Notes under the pieces: generated by a model | Seen by the model: the letters and a program-made list of their open reading frames with translations, nothing else | What the model was told of the DNA's origin: nothing | Database searches by the model: none | Part shown: piece after piece, positions 1-10,229 of the stretch | Position numbering within the stretch: the stretch's first letter is position 1 | Layout of the letters: each line of letters opens with the position of its first letter | Program-made: the position numbers and the translations under genes | Assembly (NCBI GenBank): GCA_947632035.1 | Contig: CANRNR010000008.1 | Location: forward strand, 3,092-67,091 | DNA: 64,000 nucleotides | Reading direction: 5' to 3' | Source: an uncultured Clostridia bacterium | Lineage (GTDB): Bacteria; Bacillota; Clostridia; TANB77; CAG-508

Positions 1-225
1 ATTCTCAACTTAACATAATTATAGCACTTTAAAATGTCGAATGTTGTAGAAACCTGTCTTTAATGTAAAAAAATGTAAAAAATCTTAAAATTATTGAGAA
101 AAAATCATGGAAAATTTCCAAAAATAGGAAAAACACTTGCAAAATATAATAAGATGTTATATATTTATATCAGTTATTTTTAATATTCAATTTTTTTATT
201 TAAAAATCTAAAGATTAATTAGCGA

Positions 226-380
226 ATTTAAAATCAAGTCAAAAAAATTAAGTAAAACAAATAATTTAAAATCAAGTCAAAAAACAATTTAAAATTAAGT
301 TAACAAACATTTAAAATTCAAGTTGAAAAAATGATTTAAAATCAAGTTTAAATAGCTAATCTAAAAATCAATTAACAATT
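226..380. repeat. Degenerate tandem repeat, about 6 copies of ATTTAAAATCAAGT(C/T)AAAAAA, mostly at 23-25 bp spacing
   Basis: Copies read directly at about 226, 264, 287, 310, 334 and 359, upstream of comM. Confidence 0.75.
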
Positions 381-468
381 CTAAAAAAATTCCAAAAATT
401 AATTAAAAATTGCAGAAAGGAGAGTATGATAATTTAAGTTTTTTTAAACATATCATACAAAATAAAAA

Positions 469-2006
469 ATGTTATCAATTACAAAAAGTATAGCCTTACA
501 TGGATTAGAAGGCTTTTTAATCGATGTACAAGTTGATGTTTCTAGTGGTATGCCATCATGGGATATTGTGGGTTTACCTGATACCAGTATCAAAGAAGCA
601 AAAGAAAGAGTTAGAACGGCAATTAAAAATTCGGGTTATGAACTTTTAAGCAGAAAAATAGTAGTAAATCTAGCACCTGCAAATGTAAAAAAAGAGGGTT
701 CAATATATGATTTGCCTATGGCAGTTGGCATTTTAAAAAGTTTGGATGTAATCTATGGAAAAGATTTAGGAGATACTATACTGATAGGTGAACTATCTTT
801 AAATGGAAATTTAAATCCGATAAATGGTGCACTTCCAATATGTATAGAGGCGAAAAAGCTTGGAATTAAAAAGGTGATTTTACCTAATGCAAATGCGAAG
901 GAAGCTTCAATTATAAAAGGAATAGAAATTTTAGGCGCATATGATTTAGAAGAAGTGGTGCATTACTTAAATGGAGATGTTAAAATAAAAAATACTACTA
1001 CTGACTGGGAGCAATGCTTACGAGAGGGCAATAATTATTTGTTAGATTTTTCAGAAGTGAAAGGACAAGAGAGTGTAAAAAGAGCAATAGAGGTTGCAGC
1101 AGCTGGTAGCCATAATTGCCTATTAATAGGAAGTCCACGGCTCACGGCAAAACGATGCTTGCTAGAAGAATTCCATCAATTTTGCCGGATTTAAGCTTTG
1201 AAGAAGCTTTAGAGATAACTAAAATTCACAGTATTTCAGGCACATTAAAGCCTGATACACCGATAATTACGACAAGACCTTTTCGTTCTCCACATCATAC
1301 AATTTCTGCCACTTCATTAGTTGGAGGTGGAATTATTCCAAAACCAGGCGAAATTAGCCTAGCACACTATGGTGTGTTATTCTTAGACGAACTTCCAGAA
1401 TTTAATCAGCACACATTAGAAGTATTAAGAGGTCCATTAGAGGACAAATCTGTAACTATTAGTAGGCTTAATTCAAGCCTTACCTATCCTTGTGATTTTA
1501 TGTTTGTAGCATCAATGAACCCATGCCCTTGTGGTTACTATGGTTCAAGTGATAAAGAATGTACTTGCACACCACAGGCAATTTCTAAGTATATGGGAAA
1601 AATAAGTGGTCCGCTTTTAGATAGAATAGATATTCAAATAGAAGTGAGCCAAGTGAAATATGAAAAATTAGGCAATGAAGAACTTCCAGAAACTTCTAGT
1701 CAAATAAAAGAACGTGTAAACAGGGCAAAACAAATACAGATAGAGCGCTACAAAAAAGAAAATATATATGCAAATTCAAGCTTAACGCCTAAACTGATTT
1801 CAAAATATTGCAAATTGGAGGAAGATAGTAAAGCTTTATTAGAAAAAGCTTTTAATAAATTAGGACTTAGTGCCAGAGCTTACGGTAGAATTTTAAAGGT
1901 AGCACGAACAATTGCGGACTTAGAAGGAAGTGAGCAAATAAAAAAGGTTCATATAGCAGAAGCCATACAATATAGAAGTTTAGATAAGAAATACTGGAAA
2001 AATTGA
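469..2006 (+). CDS. comM: YifB/ComM family Mg-chelatase-like AAA+ ATPase (511 aa if the extra C at 1138 and at 1145 are skipped)
   Basis: N-terminal [17 protein letters not shown] and NLAPA..KKEG motifs; C-terminal [34 protein letters not shown]. Walker A GSPGSGKT is restored only by reading CCA c GGC TCA c GGC AAA ACG. Split in the ORF track as 469-1194 and 1116-2006. Confidence 0.92.
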
Positions 2007-2150
2007 ATCTATAATAATATTTAATAATTACTGCATTTAGTAGCATATATCTTAAAAATATTAAAAATCTTTAAATAAAAGTTTAAAATTATTTATAATT
2101 ATAAAAAACGTAAAGAATATAAAATTTTAAATTATAAGAATCAGGAAGGA

Positions 2151-2999
2151 CTGATAAAAATAGAAATTATAAATCAAAATGATAAAAGATACCCTTTAAA
2201 ATTACTTGATGTGCAAGATGCACCAAAACAGCTTTATGTTGAAGGAAATTGCGATTTACTTTTGCAAGATTCTATTGCGATTGTAGGAACAAGGAATTTA
2301 ACTGACTATGGAAAAAGGTACGCTAGTATATTTGCCAAAAGAATAGCAAAAGAAGGAATAACAATTGTAAGTGGTATGGCAGTTGGAATTGATACTGTGG
2401 CACACATTTATTCAATGAAGGAAAAAGGTAGAACTATTGCAGTTTTAGGAGGCGGATTTAACAATATATTTCCAAAGGAAAATATATATTTATATAAACA
2501 AATTATTGAAAATGGAGGTTGCATTGTATCCGAATATTCCCCAGATACGCCAGCATATAAGCAAAATTTTCCTAAAAGAAATAGAATTATTAGTGGATTA
2601 GCGATGGGTGTTTTGCTAGTAGAGGCAAGGTATAGAAGCGGAAGCACTATAACTGCAAGGTATGCTATAAAGCAAGGAAGGCAAGTCTTTTGCATACCTA
2701 ATAAATTAGATGAGCCAACAGGATATAGTGGCAATTATTTCATTAAAAATGGAGCAAATTTGGTTACTTGCCCAAAAGATATTTTAGATTTTTATAATAT
2801 ATGTGATGATGACTTCATTAAAACAGCAAAGGAATATGAAGAAATCTATGAGTTAATCGGAATGCTTCCGATTTCAGCAGATGAATTATCAAAGCTTGCA
2901 CATAAGCCTCTAGCAGAAATAGAAGAAGCTCTATGTATGCTAGAATTAGAAGGCTTAATTAAACATGTGGCAGGAAATAAATTTGTAAAAATAATGTAA
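2151..2999 (+). CDS. dprA: DNA-processing protein DprA (start probably non-canonical CTG 2151 or ATA 2154/2160)
   Basis: IAIVGTR, IVSGMAVGIDT, FPKRNRIISGL and VEA...SGSTITA motifs. The DprA-like N-terminus (D.RYPLKLLDVQDAP..LY) extends upstream of the track's GTG at 2211 to an AGGAAGG SD at 2143-2149. Follows comM, as is typical. Confidence 0.9.
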   Translation: MIKIEIINQNDKRYPLKLLDVQDAPKQLYVEGNCDLLLQDSIAIVGTRNLTDYGKRYASIFAKRIAKEGITIVSGMAVGIDTVAHIYSMKEKGRTIAVLGGGFNNIFPKENIYLYKQIIENGGCIVSEYSPDTPAYKQNFPKRNRIISGLAMGVLLVEARYRSGSTITARYAIKQGRQVFCIPNKLDEPTGYSGNYFIKNGANLVTCPKDILDFYNICDDDFIKTAKEYEEIYELIGMLPISADELSKLAHKPLAEIEEALCMLELEGLIKHVAGNKFVKIM

Positions 3000-3170
3000 A
3001 GAATGAGGTATGATAGCTAGATAAGATAGAAAGAATAAAATTCATAAAAGTAATGAGAAAGAACGACAAATGATGTGTAAGTGAAATAGAAAAAAGTAAC
3101 GAGAAATAACAACATATGATGGGTAAGTGAAATAGAAAAAGTAACATTTATAAAGTAGAGGTAAAAAACA

Positions 3171-3524
3171 ATGTATGAAAGGCATGAAACTGGAAAGCAG
3201 GGAGAAGACTTTGTGGCAGAATACCTAAGCAAACTAGGTTATAAAATAATTGATAGGAATTTTAAATGCAAGCAGGGCGAAATAGATATTATTGCAAAAG
3301 ATAAAGAAGAATTTGTATTTATTGAAGTAAAGACAAGACAAAACTTTAATTATGGAAGGCCCATAGAAGCTGTAACAGAATATAAACAAAAACATATTTG
3401 GAATTCTAGTAAATATTATTTGTACTTGCATCATTTAGAAAATAGCTATGTTAGGTTTGATGTTGTAGAAGTATATAAAAGCAAAGAAGGATTTTGTGTA
3501 AATCATATTAAGCAAATAATGTAG
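3171..3524 (+). CDS. yraN: YraN family (UPF0102) endonuclease-like protein
   Basis: G..GE..A..YL...GY.I..RNF....GEIDIIA.....VFIEVKTR and RFDVV motifs; GAGG SD. Confidence 0.9.
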   Translation: MYERHETGKQGEDFVAEYLSKLGYKIIDRNFKCKQGEIDIIAKDKEEFVFIEVKTRQNFNYGRPIEAVTEYKQKHIWNSSKYYLYLHHLENSYVRFDVVEVYKSKEGFCVNHIKQIM

Positions 3525-3689
3525 TGCCACTATAAAAGTTATATTAAAACAAACTCGAATAAAAATAAACTATAATTACAGTAAATAAAGTTTTAAAATA
3601 TTCTAAAATAAAACTAAAACCAAAATAATAACATAAAAAAACTCTTTTCATAAAATATAGTAAACTAAAAAGAAAGGAGTTTTTTTAAC

Positions 3690-4961
3690 ATGTTCAAAAA
3701 TGGAATAAAGAAATTAAGTGTATTTTTAATTTTATTTCTAATACTTTCATATGCTATGCCAACTATTATTTTTGCATTTGGACCATCTGATGATGTGATT
3801 TATCAAGGCATTGATGTTAGTGGATATCAAGGCAACATTGATTTTGCAAAAGTAAAAAAAGCAGGAATAGATATTGTATATATGAAAACAAGTGAAGGAC
3901 CTAACTATATAGATAGCAAGTTTGAAAGGAATTATAAAGAAGCAAAAGCAAACGGACTAAAAGTAGGCTTTTATCATTATGTAACAGCAAGAACAGAAAC
4001 TCAGGCAGTAAGAGAAGCAATTTTCTTTGTTTCTGTAATAGCAAACAAGGTGCCAGATTGCAGGCTTGCAATGGATTTTGAAAGTTTCGGCTCTTTAAGC
4101 AAAACAGAAATAAATAAAATAGGTTTAACCTTCATGCGAAAAGTAGAAGAATTAACAGGTTTAGAAATGGTTTTATACAGCAATGCTTCTACTGCAAACA
4201 ACACATGGACAGGTGAAATTACTAAATATCCATTATGGGTTGCACAATATGGTGTAAGAGTTCCAGAAAACAATGGAAACTGGCAAACATGGGTAGGATG
4301 GCAATATACAGATATGGGTGATGTGAGTGGGATTTCTAATTATGTAGATAGAAACCAATTTACAAAAGGAATATTGCTTTCTAATACTTCAGAAATTCCA
4401 AAACCAACTGAACCTATGCCAGATGATCCGGATAAGCCGGATGAACCAGATAAACCAAGCAATCCAGATACACCACAAAAAACTACTACAATTACAATAA
4501 AAAGAGGAGACACTTTATCAGCTCTTGCAATTAAATATAATACAACAGTAGCAAAACTTGTAGAGCTAAATAATATTAAAAATCCAAACTTGATTTATGC
4601 TGGAAATAAGCTAATAGTACCAGTAAATAATAGTAGTCTTCCAATTGATACAGAAGTATATACGGTAAAAAGAGGAGATACGCTTTCAGAAATAGCTCAA
4701 AGATTTGATACAACAGTACAAAAAATAGCAAAAGACAATAACATTTCTAATGTAAACTTAATTTATCCGGGTCAAAAACTTATTATACCAATGCATTGTA
4801 GATATGATTGTGGACACAAGATTTATGAAGTATTACCAGGAGATACACTTTCAGAAATAGCTCAAATGTTTAATACTACAGTAGCAAGCATAGTTAAGCT
4901 AAATAAAAGTATTAAAAATCCAAATCTAATTTATCCTGGCCAAATGCTTAGAATCAGGTAA
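3690..4961 (+). CDS. Secreted GH25 muramidase with Pro/Asp linker and three LysM domains
   Basis: Signal peptide; [12 protein letters not shown] and WQY motifs of GH25; three GDTLS.IA...N.I.N.NLIYPGQ.L.I repeats; AAAGGAG SD. Confidence 0.9.
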   Translation: MFKNGIKKLSVFLILFLILSYAMPTIIFAFGPSDDVIYQGIDVSGYQGNIDFAKVKKAGIDIVYMKTSEGPNYIDSKFERNYKEAKANGLKVGFYHYVTARTETQAVREAIFFVSVIANKVPDCRLAMDFESFGSLSKTEINKIGLTFMRKVEELTGLEMVLYSNASTANNTWTGEITKYPLWVAQYGVRVPENNGNWQTWVGWQYTDMGDVSGISNYVDRNQFTKGILLSNTSEIPKPTEPMPDDPDKPDEPDKPSNPDTPQKTTTITIKRGDTLSALAIKYNTTVAKLVELNNIKNPNLIYAGNKLIVPVNNSSLPIDTEVYTVKRGDTLSEIAQRFDTTVQKIAKDNNISNVNLIYPGQKLIIPMHCRYDCGHKIYEVLPGDTLSEIAQMFNTTVASIVKLNKSIKNPNLIYPGQMLRIR

Positions 4962-5123
4962 ATACTAAAAATGAAATACCACGGCAAAGTAAAGTGCTTA
5001 AAATATTAGAACTAATAAAATGCTTAAAATCAGCCAAATGCTTAGAATTAGATAACTTATTGACACACAATTATGTACACTTTCATAAACTATATTATGA
5101 TAAATTTAAGTTAGGAGGTACTT

Positions 5124-5867
5124 ATGAAAAAAGTATTAGAACTAAAAAATGTAAGCAAAAAGTACCAAGCAAAAAATGGGGAGATAGAAGCACTAACAAA
5201 TATTAGCTTTGATGTAAACGAAGGAGAGTTTGTCAGCATTATTGGACCAAGCGGATGTGGAAAATCTACATTACTTTCAATAATTGCAGGCTTAGAACCA
5301 AAAACAGAAGGTGAAATAACAATAACAGGCGGACTAGGATATATGCTACAAAAAGATAGCCTTTTAGAATGGAGAAGCATCTATGACAATGTGATGTTCG
5401 GCTTGGAAATCAGACGCAAAAAAACAAAAGAAAGTGAAGAGTATGTTATAGAATTATTGAAAAAATATGGACTGTATGAGTTTAAAGACAAATATCCAAA
5501 TCAACTTTCCGGAGGAATGAGGCAAAGGGCGGCTTTGATTAGAACACTTGCTATCAACCCAAAAATTTTACTATTGGATGAAGCTTTTTCAGCATTGGAT
5601 TATCAAACAAGAATTATGGTTACAAATGACATATTTCATATATTAAAAGAAGAAAATATCACGGCGTTAATTGTAACGCATGATATATCAGAAGCAATAA
5701 GTATGTCAGACAGGATAATAGTTCTTACCAAAAGACCAGCAACTATAAAGAATATACACAAAATAGAGTTTGAAATGGAAAATAGAGATCCTCTAAATTG
5801 CAGAGAAAGCCCTAAATTTAGTAAATATTTTGACACCATTTGGAAGGAGCTGGATATACATGTATGA
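5124..5867 (+). CDS. ABC transporter ATP-binding protein (NitT/TauT/SsuB type)
   Basis: Walker A GPSGCGKST, LSGGMRQR signature, LLLDE, VTHD; AGGAGG SD. Confidence 0.93.
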   Translation: MKKVLELKNVSKKYQAKNGEIEALTNISFDVNEGEFVSIIGPSGCGKSTLLSIIAGLEPKTEGEITITGGLGYMLQKDSLLEWRSIYDNVMFGLEIRRKKTKESEEYVIELLKKYGLYEFKDKYPNQLSGGMRQRAALIRTLAINPKILLLDEAFSALDYQTRIMVTNDIFHILKEENITALIVTHDISEAISMSDRIIVLTKRPATIKNIHKIEFEMENRDPLNCRESPKFSKYFDTIWKELDIHV

Positions 5868-6673
5868 GAAAAATATATCGGATGATAGAAAAAAATACTT
5901 AAGAAAAATAAGAAAAAATAAGATAGCTATTATTTTAACAAGACTTTCAATTCTAATTATATTCATAATAGGATGGGAAATACTTGCAAACAAAGGAATA
6001 ATAGATGATTTTATTACAAGCAAACCATCAAGAATTTTAAATACCTTTTTAAATTTATCATCTAATGGACTTTTAATGCACCTTGGTGTAACTCTAACAG
6101 AAACGCTGATAGGATTTGTATCAGGAGTAGTATTAGGAGTATTCATTGCAATTCTACTATGGTGGTCAAAATTTTTAGCGAAAGTATCAGAGCCATTTTT
6201 AGTTGTACTAAATAGCCTTCCAAAAGTAGCTTTAGGACCTGTAATAATAATATGGGTAGGAGCAGGAATGGGAGCTATTATTACAATGGGGCTTGCAATC
6301 TCACTTATAGTAACCATTCTAGAAATTTTAAATGGTTTCTTAAATACGGATAAAGAGCTAATAAAAATGGCACAAACATTTAATGCTAGTAGATTTCAAA
6401 TATTAACCAAAATAGTAATTCCTGCTAATATATCAACCTTTTTTAACTCACTAAAAGTTAATATTGGTTTATCTTTAGTAGGTGTTATTACAGGCGAATT
6501 TTTAGTATCAAAAGCAGGGCTTCGGATATTTAATTGTATATGGTGGTCAGGTATTCCAATTAGATCTTGTTATGACAGGGGTTATTATTCTAGCCATTGT
6601 AGCAGCTGTAATATATGAAGCCATTGTACTATTAGAGAAAATTGTTATGAAAAAAATTTCAAGAGCAAAGTAA
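5860..6673 (+). CDS. ABC transporter permease (NitT/TauT type; 270 aa if the extra C at 6523 is skipped)
   Basis: Hydrophobic helices, LNSLPKVALGP, EAA-like loop. The conserved GEFLVSKAGL-GYLIVYG and last TM helix continue only in the +1 frame after CTT c GGA. ATG 5860 follows an AAGGAG SD. Confidence 0.88.
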
Positions 6674-7034
6674 ATTTAAAAATAAATATTAAAAATAAAC
6701 TAAAAAATAAATATTAAAATAATACTTTATAAAATAGTAATAAGAATATTTATAAAAGCGAAAAAGCATATTTATAATGCCAAAAATTATAAATAAAAGC
6801 GAAATAATAAAGAAGTTAAATAACAATAGAGTAAGCAATTAGATAAAAACGCTGTTAAGGGAGAAAAATAAGTATCTTAGCAGTTGGAAAAAAGAAAATA
6901 TAACATGTCAAAATACTTAAAAATTGCAAAATCTCCTTTGACATGATTATACATTTTAGAAGTATCGTTAGTAAATAAAATGCTATACATTAAAAGCACA
7001 TTAAAATCTTTAAATAATTTTAGGAGGAATAACA

Positions 7035-8054
7035 TTGAAAAAGTATTTAATCGTTATATTAGCAATAGTTGTAGTGGCAGTAGGAATTACCACCTATATA
7101 CTATTAAATAAGCAAAAAGATGAGCCTCAAGCATTAAAAACAATACAAGTAAATGAAGTAACTCGTTCTGTTTTTTATGCACCACAATATGTGGCAATTA
7201 GCAAAGGTTTCTTTGCAGAAGAAGGTCTAAACATAGAATTAACAACAGGTCAAGGAGCAGATAAAGTAATGACAGCTGTAATATCTGGTCAAAGTGATAT
7301 TGGCTTTGCAGGACCAGAAGCATCTATTTATGTGTATAATGAGGGTAGAGCAAATTACGCTCAAGTTTTTGCACAAATGACACAAAGAGATGGCTCATTC
7401 TTAGTAAGTAGAGACAAGACAGATAATTTTAGTTGGCAAGACTTAAAAGGAAAAACTGTAATACCAGGTAGAAAAGGTGGAGTTCCATACATGACATTTG
7501 AATATGTATTAAAACAAAATGGTCTTGACCCACAAAAAGATTTAGTATTAGATGACAGCATTAGCTTCGACTTAATGGCAGGTGCATTTGCTGGTGGTAA
7601 TGCAGAATATGTAACTCTATTTGAACCAACAGCATCTATGACAGCAAAAGCAGGCGCAGGCTATATAGTAGCATCTGTAGGTGAAGCGGCAGGAGAGATA
7701 CCTTATACTGCATATTTTGCAAACAAAAGCTATATTGAAGAAAATCCAGACATAATACAAGGATTTACAAATGCAATCTATAAAGGACAAAAATGGGTAA
7801 AAAGCCATACTGCAAGTGAAATAGCAGAGTCAATTGCAAGCTTCTTCCCAGATACAGATTTAGATATGCTTACAGCATCTATACAAAGCTATATGGATAT
7901 TGATGCATGGAGCGATACACCTGTATTAAAACAAGAATCATTTAATTTACTTCAAACAGTTATGAAGGAAGCGGGAGAATTAGAAAAAGAAGCAGACTAT
8001 GACAAAGTAATAAATAATAGCTTTGCAGAAAAAGCAGTTCAAAATATAAAATAA
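7035..8054 (+). CDS. ABC transporter substrate-binding protein (NMT1/THI5/SsuA-like)
   Basis: N-terminal anchor; FYAPQYVA..KGFF.EEGL and GADKVMTAV.SG..DIG motifs; TTG start after AGGAGG. Confidence 0.88.
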   Translation: MKKYLIVILAIVVVAVGITTYILLNKQKDEPQALKTIQVNEVTRSVFYAPQYVAISKGFFAEEGLNIELTTGQGADKVMTAVISGQSDIGFAGPEASIYVYNEGRANYAQVFAQMTQRDGSFLVSRDKTDNFSWQDLKGKTVIPGRKGGVPYMTFEYVLKQNGLDPQKDLVLDDSISFDLMAGAFAGGNAEYVTLFEPTASMTAKAGAGYIVASVGEAAGEIPYTAYFANKSYIEENPDIIQGFTNAIYKGQKWVKSHTASEIAESIASFFPDTDLDMLTASIQSYMDIDAWSDTPVLKQESFNLLQTVMKEAGELEKEADYDKVINNSFAEKAVQNIK

Positions 8055-8143
8055 TTGAAAGTATTAAATAAAATATAAGAAAAACGAGAATTTCATTTGA
8101 TTTAAACTATTTAAGTTTACTTAGTATTATGAAATCCTCGTTT

Positions 8144-8398
8144 TTATTTTTTTGAAGCTAAAATGCTATCATTATAAAGTATTTCTGGTGCGATATCTTC
8201 ACCATCTTCCCATTGTAATGATAAGCCCATTATTTTAACTTTTTTAAATTTTTCTTTATCTTTTAATTTTTCGTAAAATTTACTTGTATTTAACAGTTTA
8301 GACATATCATAAATTTTTTCTTCCCCTGTTTCATATATTAAGTATATTTTATAATCATCTAACGTGCGTACTTGTAAAATTTTGGGTGTTATATACAT
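8144..8398 (-). CDS. DUF2442 domain protein (putative antitoxin)
   Basis: V..L.DYKIYL.YE.GE.KIYD...L and W..GEDIAPE.LY pattern; ATG at 8398 after GAGGGGG; directly downstream of the DUF4160 gene. Confidence 0.8.
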   Translation of the reverse strand: MYITPKILQVRTLDDYKIYLIYETGEEKIYDMSKLLNTSKFYEKLKDKEKFKKVKIMGLSLQWEDGEDIAPEILYNDSILASKK

Positions 8399-8424
8399 AA
8401 AAATAAGCCCCCTCATTTTTCTTT

Positions 8425-8691
8425 TTATTTTAAAGGTTCTATTTTGAAATAATCTTCACCATTTTTCATTAAATTCCATAATGAAGATAATTCTTCTGAA
8501 TGCAACAAAATCCAAGCTTCTACTAATTTAGCTTGTTTAGCTGGTATTTCTCCTTCTAACTTATTAGCATTAAAATCATAAACAGAATTATATTCGTTAT
8601 ACATTACATGAATATGTGGTAAGTGATGTTTTCCTTGTTCTTTAAAAAACATTTGAATTACAATACCATAAAATTGTGAAATGACTGGCAA
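8425..8691 (-). CDS. DUF4160 domain protein (putative toxin)
   Basis: MPVISQFYGIVIQMF...H..PHIHV.Y and LVEAW..LH..EL..LW pattern typical of DUF4160; TTG start after AAGGAGG. Confidence 0.85.
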   Translation of the reverse strand: MPVISQFYGIVIQMFFKEQGKHHLPHIHVMYNEYNSVYDFNANKLEGEIPAKQAKLVEAWILLHSEELSSLWNLMKNGEDYFKIEPLK

Positions 8692-8834
8692 ATAGTTCCA
8701 CCTCCTTTATTATATACATATAAACTATAAATGTAAAGTATATTTTTGGAAAATAAATTGCAAGACATAGCAATTTTTTAAAAGATAAATAATTGACATA
8801 ATTATACAATAAATGAAAAGCATATGTCAATAAA

Positions 8835-8865
8835 AAAATGTGCAGATATTGTGTCTGCACATTTT
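8835..8865 (-). terminator. Probable intrinsic terminator of the 9971-8910 ORF
   Basis: AAAATGTGCAGATA..TGTCTGCACATTTT inverted repeat flanked by A/T runs. Confidence 0.6.
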
Positions 8866-8909
8866 CGTATTAGGCATTTTAAGAATAACTCGATAATCAC
8901 TAATTTAGA

Positions 8910-9971
8910 TTAATCCTTAGAGTATAACATTAATAAAGTCCCGAACGAAATTGGAAAATAATTATTATTTTTTAAACATGCTATCAATTGCTCTGTTGAT
9001 GGAGATTTATGATGCATTAATAAATAAGAAAGTAGGTGTGCCTCAAAATCCCTCACATCTACAAACATATCAATAATTCCAATAATCCCATTACTAAAAA
9101 TGAAAAGAAAGAGCAAATTTAGCGGGTTTATGCCATTAGGATTGTAGTTAAAGAAACCAGTACAAAAGTTAGAAGGTATTCCAATTGAAGAAAACACCTT
9201 AGGAGAATCTAAGTAATGATAATCCATATAGAAATTTATCATTCTTTTCTTGAGCCTAGGGGCATTTTCACTCATGAAACTTTCAAAATCTTCTCTTAAC
9301 TCATTTGTAATCTTTTCATGAATTTCATTAAATTTACCTTCATTTTCTGGAAGCTTCAACTCGTTAGCAAGATTACTTGCAATTTGTAAGTACCTCATGG
9401 GTAAATTAAGGTTGCCAATTTCCTCAGATAGTTCCTTCACTTCATTAAAGAAATACATTGCTATTTCTCTGTCTGACCAATTATTAAACCGGTAGACAGC
9501 CACAAGTGAATACATTCCTACCAATCTAAACCTTTGAACATAAGAAGCAAGCTCAGGTTTACCAGCTTCAGTAAGATACTTAGAAATTAGAATGCATTCA
9601 TAATCTTCAAACAGAGAACCTAAAATACAAATACCTTCTAACTCGCAAAGCATCGAAGATAAAATACATAAATCAACAGGGTCAATTTCCCTTGGATTGT
9701 ATGTAATTAAATCTTCTACTTCGTCAGGTTCTTCATTACCACTTATGAATATTTGCCAGTAAATGTCAGAAGCAAGATCATCACCTAATTCTGAAATACG
9801 AGAAATAAGCTCAGGATTTTTTTGCTTAAAAGAATCAAAAAGTTCATTAAGTTCATCTGCATTGCCACTTTTGGCAACTTCGAGAAACTCTTCAGAAGTA
9901 TTTAACCTTTTAAGCTCATCTGTGATTGACCGAATTTTCTCATAAATTTTTTGTACAGTTTTGCTTGGCAT
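8910..9971 (-). CDS. Orphan hypothetical protein (353 aa) with an apparent two-fold internal repeat
   Basis: Long ORF; ATG 9971 after AAAGGAGG; no family recognised. Confidence 0.7.
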   Translation of the reverse strand: MPSKTVQKIYEKIRSITDELKRLNTSEEFLEVAKSGNADELNELFDSFKQKNPELISRISELGDDLASDIYWQIFISGNEEPDEVEDLITYNPREIDPVDLCILSSMLCELEGICILGSLFEDYECILISKYLTEAGKPELASYVQRFRLVGMYSLVAVYRFNNWSDREIAMYFFNEVKELSEEIGNLNLPMRYLQIASNLANELKLPENEGKFNEIHEKITNELREDFESFMSENAPRLKKRMINFYMDYHYLDSPKVFSSIGIPSNFCTGFFNYNPNGINPLNLLFLFIFSNGIIGIIDMFVDVRDFEAHLLSYLLMHHKSPSTEQLIACLKNNNYFPISFGTLLMLYSKD

Positions 9972-10184
9972 ATAAATGTCCTCCTTTATAATGTAAAAAT
10001 TCTTAATATACCTTTGCAACTTAAAGCCCAATACTTGCAAAATGTATGTATGTAGGTATTTTATCATAATATTTGTTATTTTACAATAGATTAACATAAA
10101 ATAACAACTATATAGTAATAATCATACAAATCGCATTTACTTATACAAAAATGCATTTAACTTTTTATTTGACGTATTTAGCAA

Positions 10185-10225
10185 AAAATAAAGCCCCCTA
10201 CTTTTAAATAAAGTAGGGGCTCTTT
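10185..10225 (-). terminator. Intrinsic terminator
   Basis: GCCCC(C)TACTTT..AAAGTAGGGGC hairpin followed by a T-run on the minus strand. Confidence 0.7.
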
Positions 10226-10229
10226 TAAG

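Noticed and set aside
226..380. CRISPR array (also considered for 28894-29015)
   Set aside because: Repeats are degenerate and nearly abutting, with no unique 30-40 nt spacers and no cas genes in the window.
1116..1194. Treating 469-1194 and 1116-2006 as two genes, or as one -1 frameshift
   Set aside because: No slippery heptamer, and neither frame alone encodes the Walker A loop; two +1 skips reproduce it exactly.
3077..3147. Duplicated GTAAGTGAAATAGAAAAA(A)GTAAC between dprA and yraN
   Set aside because: Only two copies in purine-rich spacer DNA; most simply a local slippage duplication.
4981..4993. ACGGCAAAGTAAA shared with 25566-25578
   Set aside because: A 13-nt match with no further shared context or structure; cannot be distinguished from chance.
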